This document shows, one piece after another, positions 40,157 through 49,193 of a DNA stretch of 64,000 bases. Origin of the DNA: Candidatus Brocadiia bacterium (GTDB taxonomy: Bacteria > Planctomycetota > Brocadiia > CAIUPP01). Position 1 is the first letter of the stretch. Each line of letters opens with the position of its first letter. The position numbers and the translations under genes were made by a program. The notes beneath the pieces were generated by a model, which was given only the letters and a program-made list of their open reading frames with translations, made no database searches and was not told the origin of the DNA. The DNA lies in the NCBI GenBank assembly GCA_050015075.1, contig JBEKCB010000006.1:15811-79810 (forward strand). The letters run 5' to 3'.

Positions 40157-40396
40157 GTGGCTGTGCATCCGGATTATGCTGATGAGATGCCTGCAATGAA
40201 GAAAGAATACGACTTCTCAAAGGGCCAACGCGGCAAGTTCTGCCGGCGTGACGCACGCTTCAATCTGCCAATCTATCTTGAAAAGGACGTGCGCAAATTC
40301 GTCGAGGGGATTGCAGGCAAGAAGAAGCGGGACGTATCCACGGTCGTAAACGACCTTCTCAAGTCGGACATGCGGCTTGCGAAAGCCATAAAGTGA
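40157..40396 (+). CDS. BrnA/CopG-like ribbon-helix-helix antitoxin-family protein (orphan)
   Basis: …MKKEYDFSKGQRGKF…ARFNLPIYLEKDVRKFVEGIAGKKKRDVSTVVNDLLK. The EYDFSKGxRGKF N-terminus plus an RHH-like core resemble BrnA-family antitoxins. No BrnT/DUF497 gene is adjacent. Confidence 0.4.
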   Translation: MAVHPDYADEMPAMKKEYDFSKGQRGKFCRRDARFNLPIYLEKDVRKFVEGIAGKKKRDVSTVVNDLLKSDMRLAKAIK

Positions 40397-40492
40397 GATG
40401 GTCGCGGGCACCCGCTCTTCGCAGCTCCGCTGCTTCGGCGGGCGGAGAAGAGTCGGGCTGGGTATGATGTTCATGCAGAGGAAGGCTGAGAC

Positions 40493-40759
40493 ATGGGCAA
40501 GCAGTATCAGGAATTTGCGATCAACTACTATCAGGACGCAGACGGCATTTTCACCGCCCAGGTTCCCGCCATTCGCGGCTGCGTAGCTTCAGGGAGGACG
40601 CTTGAGGAAGCCTACCGGAATGCGGCGGATGCCATCGAGAGTTGCCTGGAGGCGCGCGCCAAAGTGGCGGCAACGGCCCCGCTGTCCATGCTAGTCCCGA
40701 GCGCCCTCCTCGTTGGCCCGCAACCTTTCAAGAATCATCGCAGCAACTTCAGGCGCTGA
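40493..40759 (+). CDS. HicB-like (UPF0150) antitoxin-family protein (orphan)
   Basis: …YYQDADGIFTAQVPAIRGCVASGRTLEEAYRNAADAIESCLEA matches the UPF0150/HicB core. No hicA lies upstream. The 3' end overlaps the TIR gene convergently. Confidence 0.45.
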   Translation: MGKQYQEFAINYYQDADGIFTAQVPAIRGCVASGRTLEEAYRNAADAIESCLEARAKVAATAPLSMLVPSALLVGPQPFKNHRSNFRR

Positions 40760-41683
40760 AAATTGTTGGATGTCAATATAACCGTCAATTCCGTATAGGC
40801 CATCTATTTGCGCTTCGTCAAAGCGGAAGAACATAATGGCAGAACTCTCACGTTTCTTCATCAGGTCTCGGATAGGCCGCCACTCAAGCCCACACCATTC
40901 TTTCTTTTGATAATCGGCACAAAGGAACACGGCTATCAACTCAGATTGCTCGTGGTATAGACGCTGTAAGTACGTGTCGAGATTAGGGCGCGCAAACTCC
41001 GGTTTGTGATATTTATCGTAAAGGATCCGTTTCCTTCCCAATACTCTACCAAGGTCTTCCGCGACCATCTGCACGAAAGCGCGCCGCTCGCCGGGAAAGG
41101 ATAGACCGACTGCAAATCTCTTTCTCTGCTTGGCATCCTCTTTGCACGACGCTGGCGCTACAGCGGCCGGCGGCGTTACGCATGGCGAAGGCGCGACGGC
41201 TTCGCGTTCACGAAGCGCCTTACTGAACTCCCGTAAATTTTCCAGAATCGGGCCGGCCTGGGCTGTAGGCTTTGGTAGTATGCCGAGTTCTCTCCGAATC
41301 CCTGGCTCCCAATCAGCCGCCCGCCGATAATCCGAAGCGAGAAGCGAAAGCCCGCAAAAAAAATCTTCAATGTCGGAAGTCCCAGATTCCCCCCTCACAC
41401 AAGCAAGAACCTTATCCAATTGGCGTTGCGCTCGCGTCCGCCGCACCTCGTCCATATCATCTTCACTGACAACGCTGTACTCAGCCGCCGGAAGGCAGCT
41501 ATGTCTAGGTTCTTCTTTGAAGTGTGTTGCCAAGCGGTCGGCGATGGCCTTGGAATCGGTAACATAGAAGACGTGGGGCATTCCAGGGATGTCGGGAACC
41601 TTATCCATGCCTCTTCCCTGCATCTGGGGAACCGGCGAACAGGCTATGAGGAGGTATCGCCCGGCGCTCCTTTCCTTGCTCAT
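40691..41683 (-). CDS. TIR-domain protein (unknown N-terminal domain + C-terminal TIR_2-like domain)
   Basis: ATG at 41683 overlaps the TGA stop of the upstream methyltransferase (ATGA). The C-terminal ~140 aa read FAVGLSFPGERRAFVQMVAEDLGRVLGRKRILYDKYH…LIAVFLCADYQKKEWCGLEWRPIRDL… (the [IV]SF.GEDR…F.D…S.WC..E pattern of bacterial TIR domains). The TIR-coding DNA (~40740-41100) is markedly AT-richer than its surroundings. The ORF-track start at 41911 is an extension inside the MTase gene. Confidence 0.6.
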   Translation of the reverse strand: MSKERSAGRYLLIACSPVPQMQGRGMDKVPDIPGMPHVFYVTDSKAIADRLATHFKEEPRHSCLPAAEYSVVSEDDMDEVRRTRAQRQLDKVLACVRGESGTSDIEDFFCGLSLLASDYRRAADWEPGIRRELGILPKPTAQAGPILENLREFSKALREREAVAPSPCVTPPAAVAPASCKEDAKQRKRFAVGLSFPGERRAFVQMVAEDLGRVLGRKRILYDKYHKPEFARPNLDTYLQRLYHEQSELIAVFLCADYQKKEWCGLEWRPIRDLMKKRESSAIMFFRFDEAQIDGLYGIDGYIDIQQFSAPEVAAMILERLRANEEGARD

Positions 41684-44600
41684 GCCTTCGCCCCCGCTTC
41701 GGCTACGCCCGGCCAAGCGTAAGCGTGGCTCTTGGCAATCGTGTAGTTGGCGTCCAGCGTCGGTTGCAGAAGGACGATCCGCGCCAGCCGGCGCGCCATC
41801 GCGGTCACTTCGCGGGCTTCTTCGGCCTTCAACGCGCGGCCGAGCAATTCCTGTTCGCGGTAGCTGAGCCACTTCTTGATAACCTGATACCCGCCGATGT
41901 AATACTCCCACACTTTCGCGGGGATGTTCTTCCAGTAGGCTACGTCATTCAGGTACACGTCTGTTGTGTCCGCGCCCAACAGCGCAATGGCCTTGCTCAG
42001 TGAAAGCCCGCGCGCTTCGGCGGCGTTGCGCAACGCTTCCAATTCGGCCTTGTCATACGGACGTTGCACAATCCGCCCCTTGGCCGGCATGGTGACACCT
42101 TCCTTGCCCGCGTGCCCCCAACCGGCGGTTACGGCGAGGTCCGCCGCGTCCGGGTCCAAATTGCCGCCGCCCACTTTCGTCAGTAAGCCTACGGTTCGGA
42201 AGATCGGCTCCAACTTGCCGGACGTGACGCCTGTTACTTCGGCTTCGGTATCGAGCAACGCCGCCAATTGCCGGCCCAAGGCGGCGGACGCTTCCAGCGT
42301 CTTGCGCGAATCGGGAAGCGGAATGCGCGGCCAGTCGCGCCGGATTCCGTCGGCGTTTTCGGCTAGGTACGCCGGGCTGTATCCCACGGCCAGGGCGTGA
42401 AGCCAGATTGTACCTGCCGCGTCCGCGCCGGCGTCAGGGTCATTGATTCCCAATCCGGCCAGGTACGCGCGCGCGGCGGAGGAAAGATTCGCCGTCGGCT
42501 CGGAAGGCCCACTTGCATCATGGAATAGTCCCTTTGCTCTCCCGGCCTCCTTCTGCAAGCGGATCGGCACGAAATAAGCGTCTGTGTGCAGAACGTGTTG
42601 GTCGGCGATATGGCCAACCAAGTGGAAAGTCGCGCCATCCGGCGCCTTCGCCGCGTGGCAGCGGATCAGAAGAAACCTGTTTCCATGCCACGCTTGAGCC
42701 AGAAGTTCCGGGCGCACGCGGTTCCACAAGTTAGCGATTCGCTCAATATACGCCCACCGCAGGTCAAATGGTTTGAAAAGAAAACGCGCGATGTTGCTGT
42801 CCCGGAATCCGCTCGCGGTCAACAATCGCTTGCGAACATCGGCCGCGCAGAATCCGGCCGCATCGGTTGTCAGCCCGGCGTGTAGGCGGGCAACATCTTC
42901 AAGTGCAACATTGGCGGCATAGTATGCCTTCATCCGGTCCGCAATGGTTTCTTTCTCAATTGCGTGAGTTCCTTGCTTCCTGTTATCATTCAATCCAAGC
43001 AAAGGTTCAGCTTCCGCCAACTCTACAACGGCGGGCCACGCCAAGTATCCTGTTGCGGTTTCGATTGGGCGGAATGAATAGGCATTCTCATTACGTGGCT
43101 CGGCTTGCGTGTAGGCTGCATCAAATCGCTTAGCGTCCAAGGTGGCAAGTAGCTGGTGACGACGTTCTTCGGCTTTTGCCGCTTCCACGTCGTTTCGGAA
43201 AAGGACTTGCGCCTGCCCGCCAGCCTTGCGCGGCTTGCCGGTCTTGACCCATAGCGACGTTGCTACCCCCTGTTGTATGCCAGAAGAAAAGCCTCGAATC
43301 GCAAAGACGGTTTCACTCGTGCGTCCGTCCGAAGCGTACTCGGAAATCCTGCGGTCGCCGTGAAGGTTCTCAATCCAGAAGCGGTCGAAGGAATCCAGCA
43401 GGTGCTTGCGAAGGACCACAAACGACGGCTCACCCGTCCAAGATTGATTAGAGATGAAGGACACAACGCCCTTGCCACTCATCTCAGCAATGCGCCTCTC
43501 GGCCAGGCGGAAGAAGCGAACGTACAAGTCGTCAAGGTAGTTCTTCGTTATCCCCCATTCCTTCAATCCCGCCTTGTACGGTTCAATCAGTCTTGCTTCT
43601 TCATCAAGTGCGACGCCTGCGAAACCGTTATATGGCGGGTTGCCCAGGACAACGAGTATCTTCCTGTCGCGCTTGACGTGTTCGGCGGCATCCTTTTCCT
43701 GTTGCAGTTCTTCCATGAACCCCAAGACAGTTTGCTTCGGCTCCTTGGGCGGTTCCCAGCCGGTCAGGGCATTGGTCAGGTACACACCGACGCGTTCATT
43801 GCTCTTGGCGGAGAGCGGAACGCCGAGTCTGTGAAGCAGCAATCCCAATTGCAAGTGCGATACGACGAAGGGTGCGGGGAGAATCTCAAAGCCGAATACC
43901 CGCGTCATGGCGGCCTTCTTCAAGTCCGAAGCAATCAGGGCGTCGCCGCCCTTGGCCTTCAGCGTTTCGGCAATCTTCTTCAGCACTTCCACCAGGTACG
44001 CCGCAGTGCCGCAACAGGGGTCTAGCACGACAACGTTGGGATCGGCCAAGCCGTCGGCCAGGCCCAATTCTTCGCGCAGGACGGTATCCACGCGAGCGAC
44101 CTGGTATTGCACGATTTCGGGCGGCGTAAACCATACGCCCAATTCCTTCCGCAACTCCGGGTCGAAAGCTTCAAGGAACGGCTCATAGAAATACTGGACG
44201 GCATGTTCGCCCTGAAACTTCTGGAAGAAGACGGCGCGGTCCACGCGGTTCAAGGCCCCGGTTGTCCAGTCCAGGACTTCCACAAGCTCCAGGTCGCCCA
44301 ACTTTCTGGGCGTGGCGATCTGTTCATACAGGGCGCGGATGAAGGGGACGCGCAAGGAAAAAGCGCTCTCATGCCAGTTGAAGGCGTCTTCGCGCTCCGG
44401 GCGCTCCCTATGCCAGAGCACCCAGGCCGAAAAGACGCCGTAGAAGATCGTCTGAACCAATGTTGAGCGGAAGAAATGCGCGCCCTTTTCCCCTGTGAAC
44501 TTCATTCCCAGGGCTTCTTCAAGCGCGCCGCGCACGGCGTCCAGGGCGGACAAGTCCTTGTGGTTTTCGACGCGGGCCCTGGCGTCGCGCGCGTAGGAAG

Positions 44601-45249
44601 CCAGAAACCAGGCCAGGTCTTGCGGGGCGGACAGGGGCGCGACGGACAGCATAACGCGCTTCAGGTATTCGCAGAAACGCGCGCCTTGCGCGGCTTCCTT
44701 TTGAGCGTCCTTTTCCTCCGCTGCTTTGCGCGGCTGTGCAGCCAATTTCCAAAAAGCCGACGCAGACTCGGCCAGCGTGAAGCGTTCCGCTGGAAGCGGA
44801 TTACTTTGAGCGTCTCGCCCAAGCAACAGGAAATCGCGGTAATTCGTCACGAGTACAACGCCGTACTTCGCGGAGTACCGCTTGACCTGTTCGCTTTCGG
44901 CAACCTTCGTCACGTCCTCGGCCGGGCCTTTGACTTCCACCACGCCACGGGCGGGAAGTTGGCCTTGCATCCCCGGCGCGGTACTCCGCGCCATTGGGTT
45001 TGGATCATTCTTGCGAATCTGGTCCGCCGTGAAAAGGCCGAAGTCCGGTAAGCCCGCGCCCGAATCAGCCGGCGTCTGGACGCAGCGGACCTTGGGCTTG
45101 AGGGTCTTGCCGATTTCGTCCAACAGATTCGACAAGGCAGGATAATATGACGTTTCGTCGGTAGCGGCCCCGGTATCGTGAATGTCGCGCATGTGCTTCA
45201 GGTAGGCTTCAAGCGGATTCGTCACGGCGTTGCACCCTCGCGTCTGCAA
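41680..45249 (-). CDS. MmeI/PglX-like single-chain gamma-class N6-adenine DNA methyltransferase with C-terminal target-recognition domain and a possible N-terminal PD-(D/E)xK nuclease motif
   Basis: 1189 aa. Motif I VVLDPCCGTAAYLVEV. Motif IV VVLGNPPYNG. The C-terminal …NIPAKVWEYYIGGYQVIKKWLSYRE…MARRL… resembles the C-terminal specificity domain of type ISP / type IIL / PglX enzymes. N-terminal …LPDFGLF…(~40 aa P/G-rich insert)…GVVEVKGP is a candidate (P)D…ExK. Confidence 0.7.
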   Translation of the reverse strand: MQTRGCNAVTNPLEAYLKHMRDIHDTGAATDETSYYPALSNLLDEIGKTLKPKVRCVQTPADSGAGLPDFGLFTADQIRKNDPNPMARSTAPGMQGQLPARGVVEVKGPAEDVTKVAESEQVKRYSAKYGVVLVTNYRDFLLLGRDAQSNPLPAERFTLAESASAFWKLAAQPRKAAEEKDAQKEAAQGARFCEYLKRVMLSVAPLSAPQDLAWFLASYARDARARVENHKDLSALDAVRGALEEALGMKFTGEKGAHFFRSTLVQTIFYGVFSAWVLWHRERPEREDAFNWHESAFSLRVPFIRALYEQIATPRKLGDLELVEVLDWTTGALNRVDRAVFFQKFQGEHAVQYFYEPFLEAFDPELRKELGVWFTPPEIVQYQVARVDTVLREELGLADGLADPNVVVLDPCCGTAAYLVEVLKKIAETLKAKGGDALIASDLKKAAMTRVFGFEILPAPFVVSHLQLGLLLHRLGVPLSAKSNERVGVYLTNALTGWEPPKEPKQTVLGFMEELQQEKDAAEHVKRDRKILVVLGNPPYNGFAGVALDEEARLIEPYKAGLKEWGITKNYLDDLYVRFFRLAERRIAEMSGKGVVSFISNQSWTGEPSFVVLRKHLLDSFDRFWIENLHGDRRISEYASDGRTSETVFAIRGFSSGIQQGVATSLWVKTGKPRKAGGQAQVLFRNDVEAAKAEERRHQLLATLDAKRFDAAYTQAEPRNENAYSFRPIETATGYLAWPAVVELAEAEPLLGLNDNRKQGTHAIEKETIADRMKAYYAANVALEDVARLHAGLTTDAAGFCAADVRKRLLTASGFRDSNIARFLFKPFDLRWAYIERIANLWNRVRPELLAQAWHGNRFLLIRCHAAKAPDGATFHLVGHIADQHVLHTDAYFVPIRLQKEAGRAKGLFHDASGPSEPTANLSSAARAYLAGLGINDPDAGADAAGTIWLHALAVGYSPAYLAENADGIRRDWPRIPLPDSRKTLEASAALGRQLAALLDTEAEVTGVTSGKLEPIFRTVGLLTKVGGGNLDPDAADLAVTAGWGHAGKEGVTMPAKGRIVQRPYDKAELEALRNAAEARGLSLSKAIALLGADTTDVYLNDVAYWKNIPAKVWEYYIGGYQVIKKWLSYREQELLGRALKAEEAREVTAMARRLARIVLLQPTLDANYTIAKSHAYAWPGVAEAGAKA

Positions 45250-45387
45250 CCTCGCGTGAAAAGCAGGCGGGGCGGAAAGCCGTGCGAGTTCCGACGGATC
45301 GGGTCGCGTTCCCTATCCGCCCCGTGTGAGGATTCTACAATTCCCCGCCCGAAAATGCTACCCGGCGTCAAGAGACAGGGCATGTTC

Positions 45388-45775
45388 CGGGGAAACCCTA
45401 TTTCCTCCGCCTTCGCATGCCGCGAAAACGAGGCCTGGGCGATTGTCCCAGGCTGATACACGCGATTGGATTCGTTTTTTCAGATGGACTTGTCGCGCCA
45501 AGAGGTCGTTCGTCGGCCTTCGCGAAGCTGCGTCAATGGAGCGGGGATTTAGCGGCATGCGGGGGCCGATGCGGCATCATTCCGGCTCCTTACGGCGGCA
45601 TTACGACGGCATGAAAGCGGCATGGTTGTAGTCCGGGGAAATAAACCCTATTTGCTCCGCCTTCGCGTGATGGCGTCAATGAAGAGGGGATTTGGCGGCA
45701 TGCGGAGGCCGAGACGACATCATTCCGGCTCCTCACGGCGGCATGGCGACGGCATGAAAGCGGCATGACTATCAG
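45388..45775. repeat. tandem direct repeats, ~125-130 bp x2 plus a partial third copy
   Basis: …ccctatttcctccgccttcgcatgccgcgaaaacgaggcc… (partial). Copy 1: …cttcgcgaagctgcgtcaatggagcggggatttagcggcatgcgggggccgatgcggcatcattccggctccttacggcggcattacgacggcatgaaagcggcatg. Copy 2: ccctatttgctccgccttcgcgtgatggcgtcaatgaagaggggatttggcggcatgcggaggccgagacgacatcattccggctcctcacggcggcatggcgacggcatgaaagcggcatg. Confidence 0.65.
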
Positions 45776-45877
45776 AATGAGTCTGATTGTTCCACGTGAA
45801 ACAATTTATAACTTATCTTATGTTCCTGATCCTGCAATGGCGGACTGCGGGCTGTTGAAAAAGGCCATTGCCGCGTC

Positions 45878-45965
45878 TTCGCCGCGTCATTCCCGCGAAA
45901 GCGGGAATCCAGATCATTGCGCGGTGGGGCGAATTTTGGATTCCCGCTTTCGCGGGAATGACAAA
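45878..45965. repeat. pair of inverted GNRA-loop hairpin repeats (ATTCCCGC-GAAA-GCGGGAAT … ATTCCCGC-TTTC-GCGGGAAT)
   Basis: gtcattcccgcgaaagcgggaatccag…ttggattcccgctttcgcgggaatgac. The same unit occurs at 15138-15165. In spurious ORFs it translates as …RHSRESGNP… / …SRFRGNDK…. Confidence 0.55.
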
Positions 45966-45998
45966 GCGACTTTTATAGCGGCCCTACTGCCCGCCGCT

Positions 45999-47159
45999 TC
46001 AGCCGATGGCCTCGCGGATGCGGTGCAGGGCGTGGCGGATTTTGTCGAGCGACGTCGCGTACGAAAGGCGCAGGAACCCTTCGCCGTATTTCCCGAACGC
46101 CGTCCCGGCGAGCGTCGCCACGCTGCCCTGGTAGAGTAATTTGTCGGCCAGCTCGCGCGAGGTGACGCCCAGTTCGCTGATGTTCGGGAAGACGTAGAAC
46201 GCCCCGTGCGGCATGCAGCAATGGATGCCGGGGATGTCGTTCAGGCCCCGCACGATCGCGTCGCGCCGGCGACGGAATTCCTCCACCATCTTGCGAGCTT
46301 CGCCCTGGTCGCCCGTCAGCGCGGCGATGCCGGCCATCTGCGTGAAAGCCGCGGTGCACGAGTTGCTGTTGCTGATCAGGCGGCTGGTCCAGGCGGCCAG
46401 CTCGCGGCGCATCACGCCGTAGCCGAGGCGCCAGCCGGTCATGGCGTACGTCTTCGAGAACCCGTCGAGGATGACCGTGCGCTCCTGCATGCCGGGCAGC
46501 GAGGCGATGCTGACGCTCTCGCCCTCGTACAGAATCCGCGAGTAGATTTCGTCCGAGAGGACATAGCAGTCGTGTTCCTGCGCCTCGGCGGCCACGACCT
46601 CGAGGTCGGCCCGAGTCAAGACGCCGCCGCACGGATTCCCCGGCGAATTGAGGATGATCAGCTTGGTTCGCGGGGTCATGAGCGACCGGAATTCGTCCGG
46701 GTCAAAGCTGAACTGGCGCTCTTCGCGGAGCCGCATCGGCACGGGAACGCCGCCCACGAAGTTGATCATGCTTTCGTAGATCGGGAATCCCGGGTTCGGA
46801 TAGATCACTTCGTCTCCGGGATTGAGGAGCGCCATGATCGTGAAGAAAATGATCATTTTGCCGCCGGGGACGACGACGATGTTCTCCGCGGTCACCGGGA
46901 TCCCGCGCGTCCGGGCCACTTCTTCGGCGATGGCGCGCCGCAGCGCCGGGAGGCCGGCGGCGGGCGTGTAATGCGTGTAGCCTTCGTCGAGCGCGCGCTG
47001 GGCGGCATGCCGGATGTCGGAGGGCGTGTCGAAATCGGGTTCGCCGATTTCCATGTGGATGATTCTCGCGCCTTGGGACTCCAGCGCTCGCGCGCGCGCC
47101 AGGACGTCAAACGCCGTTTCCGTGCCCAGTTTTCGCAAACGGTCGGCAAATGGCTTCAT
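45999..47159 (-). CDS. class I/II PLP-dependent aminotransferase (aspartate-aminotransferase-like)
   Basis: …IIHMEIGEPDFDTP…NSPGNPCGGVL…GFSKTYAMTGWRLGY… (PLP-lysine SK motif). Start taken at MKPFADRL; the ORF track extends 6 codons further to 47177. Confidence 0.8.
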   Translation of the reverse strand: MKPFADRLRKLGTETAFDVLARARALESQGARIIHMEIGEPDFDTPSDIRHAAQRALDEGYTHYTPAAGLPALRRAIAEEVARTRGIPVTAENIVVVPGGKMIIFFTIMALLNPGDEVIYPNPGFPIYESMINFVGGVPVPMRLREERQFSFDPDEFRSLMTPRTKLIILNSPGNPCGGVLTRADLEVVAAEAQEHDCYVLSDEIYSRILYEGESVSIASLPGMQERTVILDGFSKTYAMTGWRLGYGVMRRELAAWTSRLISNSNSCTAAFTQMAGIAALTGDQGEARKMVEEFRRRRDAIVRGLNDIPGIHCCMPHGAFYVFPNISELGVTSRELADKLLYQGSVATLAGTAFGKYGEGFLRLSYATSLDKIRHALHRIREAIG

Positions 47160-47299
47160 GGCCGCCCTCCAGTCCACCCGTTACCGACTTATGTATAACG
47201 AACTGGGCGGCGAGGAGTCAATGCCAATCTTCGGGCCAGAGAGAATGGATGAGAGCGGGCGGCTTGAGGAGGGTTCGAGCTTCGGTATTTTCCGTGCGG

Positions 47300-47773
47300 C
47301 TAATTCCGCATGACCTTGACGGTTTCATGCAGCACGGTCTCGGGATCGAGGTCGCTCAGAATGAATTTCGAGACGCCCGCGCGGCGCGCCTCTTTCGAGA
47401 GTCCCTTGACCTTGGGAGCGTTGAACATCACGACCGGAACGTGCGGATCGGATTTCTTCAGGCTTTTGACGAGTTCCCAATCTTCCCCGTGACCGACCTT
47501 CGCGCTGAGGATGACGACGCTCATGTACCGTTCCGCGATGATGGCAAGGCCGACGGTCCCGGAGAGGGCAATTTCCGCCTCGTAGCCGGATTGAACAAAT
47601 TGCTCTTGCAATCTGTCCACCGTACGCCGATCCTCGTCAATGATCAGAACTCTGCGCCGGGTGATCAAACGAACCTCCGGAAGAGAACATAACCTTCGAC
47701 GGACGCCCACAGAACCCCTATCTCTGTAGGAATTTACATGACGCATTGTATCAGGAAGAGGTTGCCCTGTCAA
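47300..47773 (-). CDS. single-domain response regulator (receiver); start uncertain
   Basis: …RVLIIDEDRRTVDRLQEQFVQSGYEAEIALSGTVGLAII…VVILSAKVGHGEDWELVKSL…VPVVMFN… is a CheY-like fold. The first ~40 codons of the ORF may be upstream extension. Confidence 0.5.
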   Translation of the reverse strand: MTGQPLPDTMRHVNSYRDRGSVGVRRRLCSLPEVRLITRRRVLIIDEDRRTVDRLQEQFVQSGYEAEIALSGTVGLAIIAERYMSVVILSAKVGHGEDWELVKSLKKSDPHVPVVMFNAPKVKGLSKEARRAGVSKFILSDLDPETVLHETVKVMRN

Positions 47774-47989
47774 TCATTTTTTTGTGGCTCGACTACAAAA
47801 ACGCTGGACTCAGTTGTAAGGCGCGTTGTACCGGCATGTTATGATACGGCGCTTTTCGAATCCAACGGCATGGATCTTGCTGGCGCGGCCAGTTATTTCG
47901 TCTCGAAAGATCCTTTTTCGTCGCCAGGAGATTTTCGGTTCGAAGGAACACAGGGAAGCTACCGAGTCATAAATGGAACAGGCTTCGCT

Positions 47990-49101
47990 TCAAAATGGAA
48001 CAACATTTTTCTCAGCACTTTTCTTTTCGTAAAGCAATTCATTTTTTTCGACCATCGTCTTGACCGAGAATTCGCGCTCAACGCGCTCACGCGCGGCCGC
48101 ACCGAGTCGCCGGCGCAGCGCCGCATCGCGCAGAAGCCGCAGGATGCGCTCCGCCAGCGCGGCTTCGTCGGCGGGCGGCACAAGGAATCCGGTTTCGCCT
48201 TCGACAATCAGTTCCGCGCAGCCGCCTACATTCGTGGCCACCGCGGGCTTCCCGCAGGCCATAGCCTCAAGGATCGCATTGGGCATTCCTTCCCAGGACG
48301 ATGGCAGCGCGATGAGGTCCATCCTCGCGAGGAGCGGCCGAGTGTCGGACAGCCATCCCAACCAGCGTACGCTGCTCGAGAGGCCCAGCCGGTCAGCTTC
48401 CGCCCTGCACTGCGTTTCCAGCCGCCCGGTTCCGGCGAAGGCGAATACCGTTTGCGGGGCCTCGCGCACCACTCGCGCCGCGGCCCGCAGAAGCAAGAGC
48501 GGGTTCTTCTGCCGGTCCAGCCGTCCGACAAAAGCCACCATCAGCACGCCTTCCGGCAGGCGCCACTCCGGCGGCGGCGCCAGCACCGGAGCATCGCAAT
48601 CGGATGGGTCCACGCCGTTCGGCACCACCACCAGCTTGTGCATCGGCACATGCGCGCGCCGATGGGTGTATTGCCGCGCCGATTCCGAAACACACGTGAA
48701 GACGTCCGTCAGCCGCTGCGTCAGGAATTCGACCCAAACGTGCCGGAGCCGTGGCTCCTCGACCCGGATGGACGCTATTTTTGTGCCGATTCCCGACCGG
48801 ATTGCGACCAGACTGCCGACAAAGTTGGCATGGAACAGGAATGTGTGCAGCACATGCGGCCGGTTCGCGCGCAGCGCCCGGCGCAGCCGCAGCCACGCGC
48901 CGAGATCCCACCAGCCGCGCATGTCAATCGGGATGACTTCGATCCCTTTTTCCTTGAGCCGACCGAAGATCGGGCCGCGGCCGGAGAGGCATGCGACGAT
49001 CGGCTCGAACCTCCGCCGGTCCAGGCGCGTGGCCAGCTCGTACAGCGCCTTCTCCGCGCCGCCGATTTCCAGTTCCGTAATGAGATAGAAAATCCTTCGC
49101 A
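47990..49101 (-). CDS. family 4 glycosyltransferase
   Basis: MRRIFYLITELEIGGAEKAL…; C-terminal …SSWEGMPNAILEAMACGKPAVATNVGGCAELIVEGETGFLV (GT4 EX7E region). The ORF-track start at 49270 is an upstream extension. Confidence 0.7.
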
Positions 49102-49193
49102 TGGCTGTACCCTTTCCGCGCCGCCGGAGATTGTAGCAGCCCGCGCCGAGCCGGACAATTGCCAGCGCGCGTCCAGCGGCTATAATAGAGCGC

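Noticed and set aside
40157-40759. Complete BrnTA or HicAB toxin-antitoxin pairs
   Set aside because: Only the antitoxin-family genes are present. There is no room or ORF for a DUF497/BrnT upstream of 40157 or a hicA upstream of 40493. They are called orphan RHH/HicB-like proteins, possibly regulators of the adjacent locus.
41684-41911. Longer TIR-protein start at 41911
   Set aside because: It would overlap the methyltransferase coding region by 230 nt in another frame. The internal ATG at 41683 gives the classic ATGA stop-start coupling instead.
45388-45775. Possible CRISPR array (regularly spaced repeats)
   Set aside because: The units are ~125-130 bp and directly abut each other, with no unique spacers. 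Real CRISPR repeats are 24-48 bp separated by similar-sized spacers. No cas genes are nearby.
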